This document shows positions 60,516-64,000 of a stretch of DNA of 64,000 nt, in pieces. The stretch's first letter is position 1, and every line of letters begins with the position of its first letter. A program made the translations under genes and the position numbers. This stretch comes from Amoebidium appalachense (lineage: Eukaryota; Protista; Ichthyosporea), in the NCBI GenBank assembly GCA_963693365.1, contig CAVNZM010000012.1:8002001-8066000 (forward strand). Reading direction: 5' to 3'. Under the pieces are notes generated by a model. That model saw nothing but the letters and a program-made list of their open reading frames with translations, was not told the DNA's origin and searched no databases.

Positions 60516-62981
60516 CCCCCCGCACAGGCGCACACGTTCGCATCCTGGTCATGGGTTCTACCCCAAGTCTCTCTTTCGCATTGATTTCCGCACCACCTGC
60601 AACCAGGCTTCCCCCCCCCCCCCCCCCCCCCCCCCCTCCCCCCTCACCTCCCTCCCACTCTCCACCCAAGAAAAAAAAAAAAAAGAAACAGCACGCCTAC
60701 CTAAGCTACACCACCACCACTAGTGACATCGATTTTGTGAATCGGCACTTTTCCTTGCCGAACAATCTTGAATAGCTCCAGGTGATGTGAGCCGAGCCTC
60801 ACAACATTTATCAGATCTGGTCTTGATAGTTAAAGAATAATAATGCAAAGAGTGTAATGCACAGTTATAACCGAAGATGGAGAAAAGCCTCAGTACCAGC
60901 AGCCTCTTTGATGTCGGAATTAAGGAAGGAATATTTGAGTTTTGCTGATCATAGTTTGAATTAGGCAGATCATTGGAAATCTATAGTATGAGCCATATGA
61001 GTCTTTAAAGACTGCACTAAGTTTTGAACCCGACAAACCAGAACGGCTTTGAATGGTTTCAATTCCGGGCCAGCTGGGGTGTGTTTAGTAAGTGAGTAGA
61101 TTCAGGAACCAGGTCAGATGGTGGTGAACATGGGGTAAATGGTAAACAGACCAGTCTACCGGCCTCTAGCATACTCAGCACAAAACAGGGAAACTGATCT
61201 GAATGCACCGAGAGGGAGGGAAAGCCCCCCCCCCCCCCCCCCCCCCCTCCCTCCCACCTCCCCCCCCCTCCCCCCAAACCCCGTCCTCCCCTCCCCTCCC
61301 AACACACACACACACGCACATGCACGCACGCACACACGTACACCCGTCGATTATGCAGCCTGGATCCAAAGTGACCATCTGGGCACATGGGTCTCGGTTG
61401 TTCCTGCGACTGCAATACCACCGTTTAAATAGTTTTAAGGATGCCTTTGCCTATGCAAAGAGAGCTCGAGGTTACTTTTTCTTTTTTCTTTTTTTAACAA
61501 AACTACACTATTATTGGACCTTGCAACCAGCTGGCCGACGTTGAGTCGGAGAGACTCTGACTCCTGACTGATCACTGGCATGGCCCTCTTTTTTTCAGAG
61601 GGCCGGCGTGTCACTGGGCAAACTTTGAATACTAGTATATAGGCCTGTTATCTCCCATGACTTCTACCTTGAAGCGGGGTCCAAATAAATATTGCAACCT
61701 AATTTAAATGGCTTAGGCTACCTCAGAAGTTAGATAAATTCATATAATGTCAAAAATACACTATAAAGAACAAATTATAGGTAATATATAGTCTCTTCGG
61801 AAGGAAAAAATAACAAGGCCTTGTAGAAAAAATAAGATTTTGTAATCTTAAAAGTTTTTACAGCTCAAGAGATATTTGTTGAAGTTTGCAGGGGGATCAT
61901 GCAGGTGAAGCAGTCGGACCCAATCAAAATGCTGCTATGGAAAGGCACAGGCCATATGTTTTGCAAAAAAATTTGCTTTCTGCAAAATTACAGAGACTCG
62001 GTATGTAAATACAACCTGGGTTGTTATGAAACGTTTTATGAAGATAAAACTGGCACTATTTGGATTTCCATTTTGCATAAATGATATTTCTGTGTACTGT
62101 GAATAAAAAAGGGTAAATGGGAGATTGAGAAACGACAACACTTTGCTTCTTGATGCACGCTGTGATTGGCCAGAGCCAGAAGGCATTCTGAATCAATGTT
62201 GTGTGGTGGTACCGGTCCTCCTCAGCTTTAGTCTAGCCCGTAGCATTAGCAATAAAATAAAAAACTAACATACTTTTAAAAAAATTCTCTTTTAATATAT
62301 ATTTTTAAGTCTGCTAGCGTATGCTTCTCATGAAGTAAAAAAGGTTCCCTTTATCTGGACATAACCATTGACTACTGCGGCAATGCACAGGTATAGTATC
62401 ATACCGGCCTGTAATTATGGTTTGGTTGAATATCATGCAAGCAATTTGCCTAGAAGCTTGCTCATCATGCGGGCCTTCCCCTTACCCGCTGTGCCTCTCT
62501 CACTTCGGAAGTGTCTGAGACCGAGATTTTTTATGTTCTGCAACTATAACCCAAAAAGAGCCTATAGACGTGTATGATCGAGGGTAGCCCGCTTGGAATT
62601 GCCTGCAGAAGACCTGAGCATGTTATAGTCGACGTTAACCTAGACCTAAATCTAAGAAGCTTGGTTTTGACGTTTGACCTAAACAGACCACCGACAGAAC
62701 ACAGTCCCATTCTGTACTGTTAAATGAATTTTTTTCTCTTTTCTACTCAGGTGCCTTTTTGAACTTTGAGGCAGTTGGCTACACAAACACCAAAGTGCAC
62801 CCAATCACCCTCCCACCCACCCACCCACCCACCCGCCGGCAACCACGCACACGCACGCACGCACACATACACCGGACACAGATACACCAACACACCAACA
62901 CTCGCACACACACACACACGCGCATACCAGCACACACCTACACACCCACAACCCACGGCACAGGATAAACTGAAATCTGCC

Positions 62982-64000
62982 ATGCCGTGGCTCGACCGTG
63001 TCCTCCACACTCACCGAGTGCTGGATCCAAGCTGCTTACCATGGATAGAGATCGAAATGTTCCCTTTCGCAGAGACGCTTCAAACACAGGAAAAACCACA
63101 TAGTGAACCAATCCTCTCCGCTAGTCCACCTTTAGTTGAAACCACACCTTATCCCGTGAGCGACACGAGGCACTATCGAGAATACGCCGCTGTGAGGGTG
63201 TTGAGCAAGACACCAAGAGCCACGGTAAAATTGATGCGTCATAGGCCAAGTGGTCATCTGGTGGTGTTCAAATGTCAGCGAAAGAAAAACGAAATTGAAA
63301 TCTCGAAACTAAAACATGAAGCGAGTATGCACAGCCGCTGTCATCATCGGCACATAGCCAAGCTTCTTACGACGTTTGACCTCGAACATGAGTTTATCCT
63401 TGTCGTCGAATACTGCTCTGAGGGCACGCTGGGGGAAGTGCTGCAAAGGCATCGAAACACGGGTGCCAATGTAGCGAGATTAGCAAACAGCTCATTTTAC
63501 CAACTGGTGTGTGCTGTTTCTTTTCTTCACGAGCATGATGTTGCACACGGGGACCTGAAACTTGAAAACGTCGGTGTAGACCAACACGGAAGCATTAAAC
63601 TCTTTGATTTCGGTTGTGCAGATGCTCTTTCTTCTCTAGACCAACAGACTGTACAAGGAAGAACAATGTGGAGAGTGAAAGGCACGCCGCTGTTTATGGC
63701 ACCCGAGTTGTGCGACATGCAACCGAATGGTCATGTTAACGCGGAATTCGACTTAAGAGCAGTAGATTGCTACGCCCTTGGGGTTATAGCAGTTCTCCTT
63801 CACACGGGAGAATTGCCATTATTTCTATGTCACAAGCAGAACATCGGAGCAACTTCGATACCAGTTTCGTGCCCGTCAGAAAAACTTGCTCAGTCGTTGC
63901 GAAACATCGCCCTTCAGCTATTATGCCTCGACCCAGTCGAGAGAATGACCTCGGGGAGTTTAGTTTACGAACTGCAGAAGAATCTTCCCGAGTACGAGAG
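62982..64000 (+). CDS. Ser/Thr protein kinase (non-RD, degenerate glycine loop), open to the window end
   Basis: Uninterrupted frame from ATG 62982 (acceptor CACAG at 62959-62963, in frame): VVFK, HEA (alphaC Glu), HRHIAKL, LVVEYC, HGDLKLEN, KLFDFG, GTPLFMAPE, VDCYALG, DPVERMT. It is absent from the ORF track because there is no stop in the window. Confidence 0.93.
   Translation, partial: MPWLDRVLHTHRVLDPSCLPWIEIEMFPFAETLQTQEKPHSEPILSASPPLVETTPYPVSDTRHYREYAAVRVLSKTPRATVKLMRHRPSGHLVVFKCQRKKNEIEISKLKHEASMHSRCHHRHIAKLLTTFDLEHEFILVVEYCSEGTLGEVLQRHRNTGANVARLANSSFYQLVCAVSFLHEHDVAHGDLKLENVGVDQHGSIKLFDFGCADALSSLDQQTVQGRTMWRVKGTPLFMAPELCDMQPNGHVNAEFDLRAVDCYALGVIAVLLHTGELPLFLCHKQNIGATSIPVSCPSEKLAQSLRNIALQLLCLDPVERMTSGSLVYELQKNLPEYE

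Noticed and set aside
60370-61470. Exon-like islands upstream of the kinase (near 60379, 60528, 61349)
   Set aside because: Some splice-like signals are present, but there is no consistent frame or recognisable peptide; they may be UTR exons and cannot be supported

Overview
Intron-rich eukaryotic genomic DNA, probably from a unicellular opisthokont/holozoan (inferred from a fungal-like Tra1 FAT motif together with BACE-like and LARGE-like genes). Almost all entries in the ORF track are artefacts of intronic (CA)n/(GT)n and poly-C/poly-G tracts. Hand-tracing phase-compatible GT-AG exons gives four genes. They are the 3' part of TRRAP/Tra1 (42 exons, 286-29268), a 19-exon membrane-anchored BACE-like aspartic protease with an extra Cys-rich domain (33273-47186), a GT49/LARGE-like glycosyltransferase (~51381-55968) and a non-RD protein kinase running off the right edge. 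There is also a truncated RING exon between 95-bp direct repeats, a possible small minus-strand gene, two MITE-like elements, a structured ~185-bp dispersed repeat and several minisatellites. The most unusual signals concern the introns. Weak donors are followed at once by poly-C runs, many acceptors have (CA)n, (GT)n or poly-A in place of a polypyrimidine tract, and splice junctions are repeatedly echoed or amplified into the adjacent intron.
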